Sequence record: NC_049851.1
Reading direction: 5' to 3' (one strand)
DNA length: 64,000 bases
A model generated the notes under the pieces. The model worked only from the letters and a program-made list of their open reading frames with translations, had not been told where the DNA came from and ran no database searches. Below, piece after piece: positions 28,641-38,214 of the stretch. Made by a program: the position numbers and the translations under genes. How positions within the stretch are numbered: position 1 is the first letter of the stretch; the number at the start of each line of letters is the position of its first letter.

Positions 28641-29621
28641 TTAACAGAAGCCCCAGTTACGCAGTTGCAGACTGCGACCGGAGAAAGCGGACGCGAAATC
28701 GTCCAGTTCAGACTCACGCATGATCCAGTACCACGAGGCACCAGCGTGCGGCATGGGACGCGAAGTCACGGTCGCGTAGCGCTGTTTCGTTTCCTTGCGG
28801 ATTCGCTTGAGCACTCCATCGACAGTGAGGTTCGATTTCGGGTTGATGCTGATCAGAACCTGATCGCGCAGCACCACGTAGCCACCCAGACTGTCGAACT
28901 TGAACCCCCGGGCACGCAGTATCCGGTCGTCCATGATCGTAGCCGGAACGGGCACCACGGAAGTGCGGCCCATAGTGAACGCGTGATCCGGATTGCACTT
29001 GGGCAATGAGTCACGTGCCCCAGTGACCGAGTTTATCACGTCCCCCAGATTGGAGGCAAATACAGGGTCTTTCAACTCGGACTCGGACAGGCGATCACCA
29101 GGGCCGTCATCGCGGTCACCGGATAGCAGCAGACTCTGTTCTTGCAGACGGGCAACCGACGCGCGGTACAGGTCTTCGAGCAGAGAACGCCATTTGCTGA
29201 TGGCGGACAAATCGACAGAACTTTCGTTCAATTCACCAAGGTAGGCAATTTCGCGAAGGCTTGTCAATTCGTTCTTGACTGCGCGCAGCGCGACGCTGGT
29301 GCCCTGCGGCAGGCCACGTGCACGGAACTCGCGTACGGCCTTCAGCGCGTCGGTCAGGCGCTTCATCTGGCGCTCCTTGCTGACGGAGCCCATGCCCGGA
29401 AGTCGTCGGAACGCAGTATTCGAATCGTCGAGCAGTGCTCGGATGTCGTCCACTCGTTTTTGCAGCCCGTCAATGATCTGGCGGGGCTCCTTACCGTTCT
29501 TCGATCCGAGTTGCAGCATCGGTATCAGCTTACCAAGCTGAGACTGGTTCTTCGCAGTCAGGCCGTTGCGCGCCTGCATGCGGTCGAACGTCGAATCGAC
29601 GACGCGCTGATTGTTTTCCAT
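28641..29621 (-). CDS. hypothetical protein
   Basis: 326-aa ORF. Confidence 0.7.
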   Translation of the reverse strand: MENNQRVVDSTFDRMQARNGLTAKNQSQLGKLIPMLQLGSKNGKEPRQIIDGLQKRVDDIRALLDDSNTAFRRLPGMGSVSKERQMKRLTDALKAVREFRARGLPQGTSVALRAVKNELTSLREIAYLGELNESSVDLSAISKWRSLLEDLYRASVARLQEQSLLLSGDRDDGPGDRLSESELKDPVFASNLGDVINSVTGARDSLPKCNPDHAFTMGRTSVVPVPATIMDDRILRARGFKFDSLGGYVVLRDQVLISINPKSNLTVDGVLKRIRKETKQRYATVTSRPMPHAGASWYWIMRESELDDFASAFSGRSLQLRNWGFC

Positions 29622-29662
29622 GGATAGCGTGAGTCCCTATGAAATTCAGGTGTATAAACGGC

Positions 29663-29699
29663 AGAAGGGGGCTCTGCGTCAACCACAGAGCCCCCTTCT
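29663..29699 (-). terminator. strong hairpin terminator
   Basis: 14-bp stem AGAAGGGGGCTCTG/CAGAGCCCCCTTCT after the H1-like gene; the loop contains TTGACG on the minus strand. Confidence 0.7.
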
Positions 29700-29731
29700 T
29701 AGCTTAGCGCTTCAGGCGCGGCGTCCGATGC

Positions 29732-30202
29732 TTACAGCAGGTCGTACGTTTCGCCCTTCGTTGCTGCGGCCTTCGGAGCCTTCGCTGCCTTTGCCGGTGC
29801 TGCCTTCGGTGCAGCGGCCTTCTTCGCTGCCGGTGCAGCCTTCGCTGCCTTCGGTGCCTTTGCCGGAGCGGCGGCCTTCGCTGCCTTTGCCGGAGCGGCT
29901 GCGACCTTGCGCTTCGATGCCGGAACGTCGGCGTCCGATGCCTTCGCCTTCTTCGCGACCGGAGCGGCCTTCGCTGCCTTTGCCGGTGCTGCCTTCTTGG
30001 CGGCCGGTGCAGCCTTCGTCTTTGCTGCTGCGGCCACGGCCGTCAGCTTCGCGACTTGTGCTTCCAGCTTGGCGATCTGCTTGGCTTGCGCGCCGATGGT
30101 CTTCTCCGATGCTGCTGCGCCCTTTGCTGCGTCCTTCAGGATTGCCGAGACTGCCGGTGCTGCTGCGACCTTCGTTGCTGCTGCCTTTGCGATACGTGCC
30201 AT
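29732..30202 (-). CDS. histone H1-like Lys/Ala/Pro-rich DNA-binding protein
   Basis: Repeats of AAPAKKAA/KAAKAAP; start MARIAKAA at 30202. Confidence 0.8.
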   Translation of the reverse strand: MARIAKAAATKVAAAPAVSAILKDAAKGAAASEKTIGAQAKQIAKLEAQVAKLTAVAAAAKTKAAPAAKKAAPAKAAKAAPVAKKAKASDADVPASKRKVAAAPAKAAKAAAPAKAPKAAKAAPAAKKAAAPKAAPAKAAKAPKAAATKGETYDLL

Positions 30203-30367
30203 GATTGTACTTCCTTCTAACGAGTTGATGAGGTTTTGAAGAGGTGCCGAATTCGTTTCGACTACACTCTCTTTACTACAGGTTGAAATTGCGTTTTGTG
30301 CAATCCCGAAAAGAGAGCGTAGTATCTCACACTTCCGGGAAGCACACAACAATTATTTCAACTTTCT

Positions 30368-31771
30368 TTACAGGGCGTTGCTGAAAAGCGACACCTTGTC
30401 CGACTGCTTGAAACTGCGCTTCGCGCTCTTGGCCACGTCGACTGCCGAGCGGGCCAGTGCTACCACCGGCTCCGAGTTCGGGATCGTCGGGATCACGACT
30501 GCGATAGCGGTGCTGCCGCCTACCTTGATGAACGACTGCTCGCCCACCTTGAACGGTTGCAGCAGACCCAGTTCCGAGAAGCGAACCTTGCCAGCGCTTT
30601 CCAGCGCCTCTTCGTGAACGTCAAGCGTCGTGCCGTCGAAGAAGTTGACCCGGACGATCCCTTCGGCCACGCGGGTCACCACTTGGCCGAGGCCCTGCAC
30701 CGAGTGGCGGACGGCGGCACCAAGTGCGAAGCCGGTTTCCGGATAACGCGGGTTCGTCAGGTTCAGGCCCATCGGGTCCAGAATCTGGGTTCCCGTGTTC
30801 TGGATCACGGCATCGTCCGTCTCGCTGACGCCGCCCACGATCACCAGAACGTCGCCGACCGTATCGCCCGGGTACGTGGCGAACAGCGCCTTCGAGATCG
30901 TGCCACCGACCGTACCGTCCTTGGTCTCGACTTGATCACCGATCAGGAAGCCGTAGCGTGCGGCGAGAACGTCTTCGGCACTCCATTCGGTTCCCCGGCT
31001 GGTCTGCTGGAGCGACAGCGGCTTGATCAGGGCTTCCGGGGGCACACCCTCGATCTCGACACCCTTCGACAGGACGCGGGTCTGAGCAGCCGTGTACGGA
31101 TTGCCTTCGAGGCCGACCGGAGTGCCAGCGTCTTGTGCCAGCGTCACGCCCTGAGCCGTGACAGCCGCCACGTAGAAGAGGCCGACAGCATCCTGAACGC
31201 CCGTGCCGAGGGCGGCGGTCGACGTGCGGTCGACGAGAACCAGATCGTCGAGAGCGATTCCCAGCTTTTCGAGGCGCTTTTCGACACGGCGCAGAGCCTT
31301 TGCGTCGGAGTTCAGGCTGTCGGCCGTTGCTCCGGCATCGATTGCGAGGAAGTACGGGAGTGCTTCCTTGTTGTCGACGATTGCGTACAGCTTGTCACGC
31401 TTGACGAATGCGAGAACACGCGCGCCGTCGATCTTCTGGCCCGGCTTGAAGCCGCGCTCGATTGCCTCTGCCTCGGCGGCCCGCAGATCGACGTTTGCCG
31501 CCTTGATCTCTTCTTCGCTCAGCTTGGTAAGGCGACCGAAGTCGTCATCCGTCGACACGATCAGTTGAACCGAGAGGTCCGTGTAGTCAGCGATGATCAC
31601 GTTCGTGGTTCCAGCCTTCTTGTCGTTCAGGACTTCGAGGACGAGGACCGGAACCGCGCCGAGCGTGACGCCGTTACCGTCTGCGTGATACCGGGCCGAC
31701 ACCAGACCATGGACCGTACCGACCGTGATACCGTACTGCTCTTGAACCTTCTTTTCAAACTTCTTCGACAT
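30368..31771 (-). CDS. protein with tandem SH3/KOW-like barrels (putative)
   Basis: Repeated G(F/I)xxG(D/Q)xV motifs: YGITVGTV, RGFKPGQKI, LGIALDDLV, YGFLIGDQV, TGFALGAAV. Confidence 0.5.
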   Translation of the reverse strand: MSKKFEKKVQEQYGITVGTVHGLVSARYHADGNGVTLGAVPVLVLEVLNDKKAGTTNVIIADYTDLSVQLIVSTDDDFGRLTKLSEEEIKAANVDLRAAEAEAIERGFKPGQKIDGARVLAFVKRDKLYAIVDNKEALPYFLAIDAGATADSLNSDAKALRRVEKRLEKLGIALDDLVLVDRTSTAALGTGVQDAVGLFYVAAVTAQGVTLAQDAGTPVGLEGNPYTAAQTRVLSKGVEIEGVPPEALIKPLSLQQTSRGTEWSAEDVLAARYGFLIGDQVETKDGTVGGTISKALFATYPGDTVGDVLVIVGGVSETDDAVIQNTGTQILDPMGLNLTNPRYPETGFALGAAVRHSVQGLGQVVTRVAEGIVRVNFFDGTTLDVHEEALESAGKVRFSELGLLQPFKVGEQSFIKVGGSTAIAVVIPTIPNSEPVVALARSAVDVAKSAKRSFKQSDKVSLFSNAL

Positions 31772-31888
31772 GCTTCTGTTTCTCCGTTTCGGATTAAAGC
31801 CAGATGTTTGGATCGGGTATCTGGCACATCCCGTTTGCAACAGCGAGGATTGAACTATATCAAGCACAATCCTCACCGTCAACTCCTT

Positions 31889-33406
31889 TTACACAACTTT
31901 GAACTTTTGCGACGCCTTTGCAGATTCGTACGCGCGGTCCTTCTCGATTGCGGGTATCAGGCTCTCCAGATCGGCCAGAATCTTGCCCTTCGGCTTCTTC
32001 TGCCACGAGCCGAGTTGCTTCAGGTGGGCTTGTTGCTCCTTCAGCTTGATCTTCATCTGCTCTTGATCCATGCGCGACCACCGACGCGTCGGCAGATCGA
32101 GAAGCTGCTTGGCCTGTTCAGCCGTCACCTTCATCAACTTGACGAGCATCGCGTCCGGGTCTTTCGCTTTAAGGGCCTTCATCAGCGAATCGACGTGATC
32201 GACAGCGTAGATCAAGAGTTCCGTGTACGCAATAGCGGCCTCTTGCTTCTTGATCCGGTACGCCAACGATTTCAGTTCGAGTTCGGTGCGCAATTCGAGC
32301 CACTTCTTCAGCAACTCAGGAATCGAGAGCGATAGGAAGTGGGTTTCAAAGTCGATCTTGCCATCGTTCTCGATGACTTCGCGCAGCGTCACGTTGATCT
32401 TGAACGAACGGTTCTGAAGCGTGGCCTTTCGTACCTTCTCGACGAATTTGTCAAACTGCGCGTAGTTGTACGCGGGTTTGCACTCGATGGAGTAGGTGGT
32501 GCTCCCCTTCGAGTTGTAGCAGCGCTGCGTCTCCGGGAACGTGCGTACCTTCTGCACGAACTTCTCGATGTTGGTGCCCGGGGGCCAATCACTGATCGTG
32601 ATCCGCTTGTTATCGCGGTCGATATCGAGCAGAGATTCGAACTGCACCTTACCCTTGCTCGTCTCGAACATGGAGAGCCAACCCTTCTGGTTCTCCTTGG
32701 TCTTGACGAGTTGGCCACCGTACTTGTGCGAGTACTTCAGCGTCTTCGCGTAGTCACGCGCCGTCAGGTCTTCACCCTTCAGCATCCGTTGCAGGATCGC
32801 TACCACGGATTCCGGTGTGAACGTCGGCAGGTGCGTCGTGATGCCGACGCCGATACCCTCACCGCCGTTCAGCAACACGTTCGGAAGCTGGGCCGGAAGC
32901 GTCACCGGCTCGATCTCCGAATCATCGAAGTTCGGGACGAACGTCGTCACGTCCTTGTGGATGTAGTCCGGTTGCATGAACGACAGCCCGTACTGGCTCA
33001 TGCGTGTGTTCGTGTATCGCGCGGCTGCTGCACCGTCGACCATCGAACCCCAGTTGCCGTCACCCAGCATTGTCGGGCTGCTCTGGTTCACGAGCGTGAC
33101 CAGTGCATCGTATGCCGCGCCGTCACCGTGCGGGTGGTACTTACCGATCACGTCACCAACGAGACGAGCCGATTTGATGAAACGCTTCTCCTGATGGGAT
33201 GCAGCCCACAGGATACGGCGGTGCACTGGTTTCAGGCCGTCGAACAGGTCGGGAACCGAACGGTCGAGGTTCACGGTCACGCCGTAGACCTTCATGTTGC
33301 GGTTGCCGAAATCGCGCAGCGTCTCGTGGCCGAGGTTGCGGTCTTCACCGGGGGCCCGGGCCGAAGCCCCCTTCTTCGTCTTCAACGTATCCTTCTTCGT
33401 TGCCAT
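31889..33406 (-). CDS. gyrA: type II topoisomerase subunit A (GyrA/ParC-like), no C-terminal pinwheel
   Basis: RSVPDLFDGLKPVHRRILW, KSARLVGDVIGKYHPHGD, AAARYT (catalytic Tyr); only 505 aa. Confidence 0.92.
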   Translation of the reverse strand: MATKKDTLKTKKGASARAPGEDRNLGHETLRDFGNRNMKVYGVTVNLDRSVPDLFDGLKPVHRRILWAASHQEKRFIKSARLVGDVIGKYHPHGDGAAYDALVTLVNQSSPTMLGDGNWGSMVDGAAAARYTNTRMSQYGLSFMQPDYIHKDVTTFVPNFDDSEIEPVTLPAQLPNVLLNGGEGIGVGITTHLPTFTPESVVAILQRMLKGEDLTARDYAKTLKYSHKYGGQLVKTKENQKGWLSMFETSKGKVQFESLLDIDRDNKRITISDWPPGTNIEKFVQKVRTFPETQRCYNSKGSTTYSIECKPAYNYAQFDKFVEKVRKATLQNRSFKINVTLREVIENDGKIDFETHFLSLSIPELLKKWLELRTELELKSLAYRIKKQEAAIAYTELLIYAVDHVDSLMKALKAKDPDAMLVKLMKVTAEQAKQLLDLPTRRWSRMDQEQMKIKLKEQQAHLKQLGSWQKKPKGKILADLESLIPAIEKDRAYESAKASQKFKVV

Positions 33407-35997
33407 TACTTCGCCTTCTTCGATGCGACCTTCTTAGCCGCAGGTTTAGCCGTTGCTGCTTCCTTCTTTACTGCAACCTTCTTGGCAGCAGGTTTGGCCG
33501 GAGCCTCGTCTTCGTCGGCCGCGCTGTCGCTCGGGAGACCCAGCATCTGGCGTCGGTAGTCCACGTCGTCGGCCATCAGCTTCACGAAGTCCACGTGATC
33601 AGCGTCGCCTAGCGGCTTGATCTTGATCATGTGTCGCGTGTCCGGGTCCATGATGAGAGTCCGAATCAGACCTTCGTTCATTTCCCCGTAGCCCTTGACG
33701 TGGCGCACGTCCACGTTCTTGATGCCCTTGGCGGCCAGCTTGCGCTGCACTTCACCGAGCGTCGCGCCCACGAACAACTCGCCCTTCGCCTCGGCGTAGA
33801 ACTCCGGTGCGTTTGCCACGTACACCATGCCGCGCTCGAACAGGCCGGGCAGGAACTTGTACATCAGCGCCAGAAGCAGGCTGTTGATGTGACAGTTCGC
33901 GCTCATGATACCGGAAGGAAGCATGAAGTGGTGATACTTCGGGACCGTCAGGCAGTACACGGGCACCGGCTCCGCTTGCTCCTGCACACGCAGTTTCGAG
34001 ACGGCCACGAAACCAAGGCCCGTGCTCTTGTCCTGCTTGTTCCAGTCGCGCTTGTCCAGCTTGTCGTTGTACGGGTAGTACAGGCGGTCACCGATACGCA
34101 TGTCGCGCGCACGGCAGAACGCGAGGTCCGCGTTGCCCGGGAACGGGAGCAGTTCGCGACCACGGTTGGCTTGCGTCCGGATCACCACGAATTTGTGGTC
34201 TTCGCTAACGCGGTACTTCGTGCCGTGTGCCTCGATTGCCACCAGCTTCGTGACGTTGCGAACCAGCGACGCCGTTGCAGGTGCCCAGATTTCGCGGCCG
34301 TGATGGAAGACCGGGACCTCGAAGCCGTTCGGGTTGCGCGACAGCGACTCGATGCTCACCTGATGCGGTTCGGCACCAAGATCACCGTCATCCTGACGAC
34401 GTACAGTGATCATGGTTTCCCCGACGAACGGGCCGTCCGGGTCCGGGTCGGCCAGACAGATGATCTTGCCGACTTGCAGCTTGGTCATCGGGTCTGCGGC
34501 GTTCACGTCGTAGCCAATCGCGGCCAGAATGTTCAGAATTTCTTCTGATTCGAGAGCCTTTTCCGGTTGGCGCAAGGCGTTCAAAACCTTCCCACGCAGG
34601 GGCAGAATAGCCTGATACGGGAAACGGGCTTCCCGTACCTTACCGGCCGCCGAATCCCCTTCCAGCAGGAACAGTTCGCGATGCTCGACCTTGGTCTTCA
34701 GGTCGTACGACGCGTACTTGGCAGGCAGGCCCTGACGCTTGATCTTGTTCAGGTCCGTAGCCGCCTTTTTAGACATCACGAACTTGGTCTTGAGTTCGGA
34801 GACTCGCGACGCACGATCCGCGATGCGTTGTGCCAGCGCCTTGTTCCCGTTGAAGAACTTGGTCGCGGCCTCCACGAGCATGGCCTCGAAGGGCTCACCC
34901 GCCCGGTCGTCTGCAAGCTTCGCCTTGTCCTGCGACGTGAACGTTGCCTTCGACAGGTACATGTTGACGAGGCCGACCATGCCATCCTTCAGATCGGGCT
35001 CGCGGAACGCGGGGACTTCTTTGGCCTTGCCGTCGACCTTGATCTTCTTGGTCTTGATCCACGGCTTGAGTGCAGTGTACAGCGCACCCGACACAGCATC
35101 GACGTGCTTACCGCCGCTCGATTGGTGCAGGCCGTTCGTGTAGCCCTTGACCTGATAGCCTTCTGCGTTCGTGAACGCGACGATCACGTCCGCCAGCGCC
35201 GACTTGTATTCGAACATGTCGCGCTCGCCTTCGCACTTCAGTTCGGTCAGCGTCTTTTCGATGTACTCGACAGGGCCGCGCTTGCTGAAGAACTCCTTCA
35301 TGCCCTTCGCGTTGCCGATGGAGACGCGGAAGCCCGGCGTCAGATAGGCTGCGAGTTCAGCCCATTGCGTCGCGACCGATGACGGGAACGACTTGGCGCT
35401 GAACACCTTGTAGTTCGGGAGAACCTTGATCAGCGTGCCCTTCTCAGCCTTAGTGCCGTCCCACTTCTTGGGGGCGGACTTCAGCTTCGTGACTTCGGTA
35501 GCCAGATGGCCGTTCTTGAACGCGATGTAGTACCACGAACCTTCGAAGAAAGTCCACACTTCCATCGAATCGGACAGCGCGTTCGTGGCCTTGACGCCTA
35601 CGCCGTGCGTGCCGCGCGAGGCCGCGTATGCGGCATCCGCCTCGAACTTGCCGGACGTGTGCAGTTCCCCGAAGATGGCCTGCATCGTCGGCGTCTTGAT
35701 GGTGGTCTTCTTGCCGTTGATCACCATGCTGTGCGTCTTGATACCCTGCGGGATACCGTTCGCATCGTCGGACACCCAGAAGGTGCCGTTGTCCGCAAAC
35801 AGCGTGACGCTCGTGCCACGGCCCGCCAAATGCTCGTCGATTGCGTTGTCCAGCATTTCCCGGACGATGACCCAGAGCGCCGAGGCATCGGTGCCCCCGA
35901 TGTACATGCCGGGATTTTTTTGAATGTTTTCAGGAAAGCGCAGGGTGTTGATGTCTGCGCTATCGTATTTCTTGGACTGCTTCTTCACTTCAGCCAT
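33406..35997 (-). CDS. gyrB: type II topoisomerase subunit B (GyrB/ParE-like) containing an intein
   Basis: GMYIG, EMLDNAIDE, DDANGIP, SRGTHGVG, LLEGDSA, PLRGKVLN, DPDPDG, KGYGEM. Confidence 0.92.
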   Translation of the reverse strand: MAEVKKQSKKYDSADINTLRFPENIQKNPGMYIGGTDASALWVIVREMLDNAIDEHLAGRGTSVTLFADNGTFWVSDDANGIPQGIKTHSMVINGKKTTIKTPTMQAIFGELHTSGKFEADAAYAASRGTHGVGVKATNALSDSMEVWTFFEGSWYYIAFKNGHLATEVTKLKSAPKKWDGTKAEKGTLIKVLPNYKVFSAKSFPSSVATQWAELAAYLTPGFRVSIGNAKGMKEFFSKRGPVEYIEKTLTELKCEGERDMFEYKSALADVIVAFTNAEGYQVKGYTNGLHQSSGGKHVDAVSGALYTALKPWIKTKKIKVDGKAKEVPAFREPDLKDGMVGLVNMYLSKATFTSQDKAKLADDRAGEPFEAMLVEAATKFFNGNKALAQRIADRASRVSELKTKFVMSKKAATDLNKIKRQGLPAKYASYDLKTKVEHRELFLLEGDSAAGKVREARFPYQAILPLRGKVLNALRQPEKALESEEILNILAAIGYDVNAADPMTKLQVGKIICLADPDPDGPFVGETMITVRRQDDGDLGAEPHQVSIESLSRNPNGFEVPVFHHGREIWAPATASLVRNVTKLVAIEAHGTKYRVSEDHKFVVIRTQANRGRELLPFPGNADLAFCRARDMRIGDRLYYPYNDKLDKRDWNKQDKSTGLGFVAVSKLRVQEQAEPVPVYCLTVPKYHHFMLPSGIMSANCHINSLLLALMYKFLPGLFERGMVYVANAPEFYAEAKGELFVGATLGEVQRKLAAKGIKNVDVRHVKGYGEMNEGLIRTLIMDPDTRHMIKIKPLGDADHVDFVKLMADDVDYRRQMLGLPSDSAADEDEAPAKPAAKKVAVKKEAATAKPAAKKVASKKAK
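33895..34431 (-). mobile_element. 179-aa mini-intein, class-3-like (N-terminal Pro, block F Cys)
   Basis: DG|PFVGETMITV ... SEDHKF ... PVYCLTVPKYHHFMLPSGIMSAN|CHINSLL; removal restores DG-(C/S)HI.LL. Confidence 0.85.
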
Positions 35998-35998
35998 T

Positions 35999-36790
35999 TC
36001 AGGCGTCTACCTCGAAGTTATTGGGGTTGAACTGCGGTACACGCATCAGTTGGCAAATGGCGGGAAGCACATTCGACACTTCTGCGTATCGAGCACGTGT
36101 CGAGAGCGTGGGAACGAATTCACCGCCCTGCTTGACGGCCACGTTCACATGCACATAGCCGTGCTCGTGCTCGAATTTCGGGTCCTGCCCCGGACGTGCG
36201 GGCAGCGTGCGGGAACGCTCGTTGAAATTGTCCATCTTGAAGGTGATGCGCATACCACCGAGCGTGAGCGCCGCAACTTCTTGATCTGATTCCGGTTTCT
36301 CGTTGAGCCCGATGACCGGAATCTTGGCCGGATCATGCCAGTACGTGACCTTGACCACAGCCTTACTGCGTGCTTCCGCGTACTCGAAAGTCATGCGGTA
36401 GCCCCAGCGATCAAAGAAGTCGAGCAGCGCGTCGTGCATGCGGTCGACCGAGGCACGTGCCTTCGTGAACGCCGGGTCCTTCATCGAGACCTCGAACTCC
36501 ATGTCGCGACTCCGGATCGTGCAGTCGCACGTATCGGCCTTCTTCTTCCACGTCGTTCCAACCTTTTCGAGGAACGGTTCGAGGATTTCAGTTCGGAACG
36601 AGAAGCCCACACCGCGAATGCCGTGAGGGTCCGTCACGAGCTTGATCGTGGGGAGGAAGTCCTCATGAAAGATAGTGAGCGGTATGCCGACCGCAGCCAG
36701 TACCTTGTACGATTCCGAATCTGCCGGAATCAACCACTGTTTGTTCTGGGCCAATCTGATTGTGATCGGCTCACCGTTCTCTACTGTCAC
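35999..36790 (-). CDS. hypothetical protein
   Basis: 263 aa, adjacent to the topoisomerase genes. Confidence 0.7.
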   Translation of the reverse strand: MTVENGEPITIRLAQNKQWLIPADSESYKVLAAVGIPLTIFHEDFLPTIKLVTDPHGIRGVGFSFRTEILEPFLEKVGTTWKKKADTCDCTIRSRDMEFEVSMKDPAFTKARASVDRMHDALLDFFDRWGYRMTFEYAEARSKAVVKVTYWHDPAKIPVIGLNEKPESDQEVAALTLGGMRITFKMDNFNERSRTLPARPGQDPKFEHEHGYVHVNVAVKQGGEFVPTLSTRARYAEVSNVLPAICQLMRVPQFNPNNFEVDA

Positions 36791-37098
36791 GCGGAAACCT
36801 CCTGTCGGGATTCTAGGGCAAAGTAAAAGCGCTCGCGGAACGCTTCGTCCTCTTGAGCAACTAGGGCCAGAATTTTGGCCTCGGCCTGAGCGTCACGCGC
36901 ATCGCGCGCAGCTAGTACCTGTCTCGCCATTCTATTCGCTTTACCAACGATTGTAAAGCGAATTTCACGTGCTGGACAATCTTCGTTGCCTTTGGAGAAG
37001 TGACAAGTCGAGTACGCTTTTGCCTCAGATGGGTCAAGATGCTTGCATGTTTTGCACTTGCGCGAATACAGTTGAAGGTATTCCAGTCTCTGTTCCAT
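36787..37098 (-). CDS. Cys-containing hypothetical protein
   Basis: CKTCKH..TCHF..CP. Confidence 0.6.
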   Translation of the reverse strand: MEQRLEYLQLYSRKCKTCKHLDPSEAKAYSTCHFSKGNEDCPAREIRFTIVGKANRMARQVLAARDARDAQAEAKILALVAQEDEAFRERFYFALESRQEVSA

Positions 37099-37186
37099 TT
37101 TGGTCCTTAAACGGAAAATGGGTGGAGGGAACTAAATCCCACCACCCGATCCTAGATCGGGTTACCCCGATCAGACGAACCGCCGA

Positions 37187-38014
37187 TTAGAACAGTTCTT
37201 CGTCTTCTTCGTCTTCGTCGTCTTCGTCTTCCGACTCGCCGTCGTCTTCGTCGTCTTCTTCGTCTTCGTCGTCACCATCTTCGGTGTCGTCTTCGTCGTC
37301 CTCGTCGTCTTCCGACTCGCCGTCGTCTTCGTCGTCTTCGTCTTCTTCCTCGTCTTCTTCGACGACCTTCTTGCCCTTGGCCGGGGCCTTCTTGCCCTTC
37401 TTCGGAGCCGGTTCGTCGTCTTCGTCGTCTTCGTCGTCTTCGTCTTCTTCCTCGTCCTCTTCTTCGTCTTCTTCTTCGACGACGGCGACCTTCTTGCCCT
37501 TGGCCGGTGCAGTGGCCTTCTTGCCCTTGGCCGGTGCCGGTGCTTCCTCTTCGTCGTCTTCGTCTTCTTCCTCGTCGTCACCTTCCGGTTCGACCGGGGC
37601 CGCTACCGGTGCCGGGGCCGCGAGGCCACCAGCGACCGACGACGATACGAATTCCGGACGCAGTGCGATCAGCGGGCCTGCTGCCGTCTTGTAGATCGTG
37701 ACGCCACGCTCTTCGTTGTAGTCCATGCCTTCGACGTTGCCGACGAATTCCATGGTCTCGTAGAAAATCGTGGTGCCGAGGCATGCGATGACCGACGCAC
37801 GCGGAATCACGAGACCGCCTTCAGCGTAGTACGCTGCGCTGTCCGGCTTCTTCGAGGCCACTGCCTTGTTCGTGACGCGAACGAAGACTTGACCTTGCGG
37901 TGCTGCTGCTTCGACTGCCAGCTTTTGGGCTTTTGCCTTCACTTCTGCGCCCTTTGCCTTCGTTGCTGCTGCCTTCGTGGTCTTTGCCGGTGCTGCCTTT
38001 GCTGCCTTTGCCAT
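37187..38014 (-). CDS. hyper-acidic low-complexity protein with a basic N-terminus
   Basis: C-terminal ~120 aa of D/E tracts interrupted by PAKGKK blocks; start MAKAAK at 38014. Confidence 0.8.
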   Translation of the reverse strand: MAKAAKAAPAKTTKAAATKAKGAEVKAKAQKLAVEAAAPQGQVFVRVTNKAVASKKPDSAAYYAEGGLVIPRASVIACLGTTIFYETMEFVGNVEGMDYNEERGVTIYKTAAGPLIALRPEFVSSSVAGGLAAPAPVAAPVEPEGDDEEEDEDDEEEAPAPAKGKKATAPAKGKKVAVVEEEDEEEDEEEDEDDEDDEDDEPAPKKGKKAPAKGKKVVEEDEEEDEDDEDDGESEDDEDDEDDTEDGDDEDEEDDEDDGESEDEDDEDEEDEELF

Positions 38015-38214
38015 GCTCTGTTTCCTTTCGGGTTGAATTATCGCGGCTTCACGTGATAGCCGCAATCTTGATACAACGTATTTACTACAACTTCCGAATC
38101 AGGGCTGGTGATACGACACTGATCAACAGCGCCGCATCGCGAATCCCAATCTATCCTGCGGATTTAGCGGGGAGCGGACTCTACACTAAATCAGTGTTCT
38201 GTGTCAACGACTTT

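Noticed and set aside
33895-34431. Homing endonuclease inside the intein
   Set aside because: At 179 aa it is too short, and no LAGLIDADG or HNH motif is present.
37187-37580. TCTTCGTCG-type tandem repeats as a CRISPR array or VNTR
   Set aside because: They encode the D/E tracts of a protein; there is no repeat-spacer periodicity and no cas gene.
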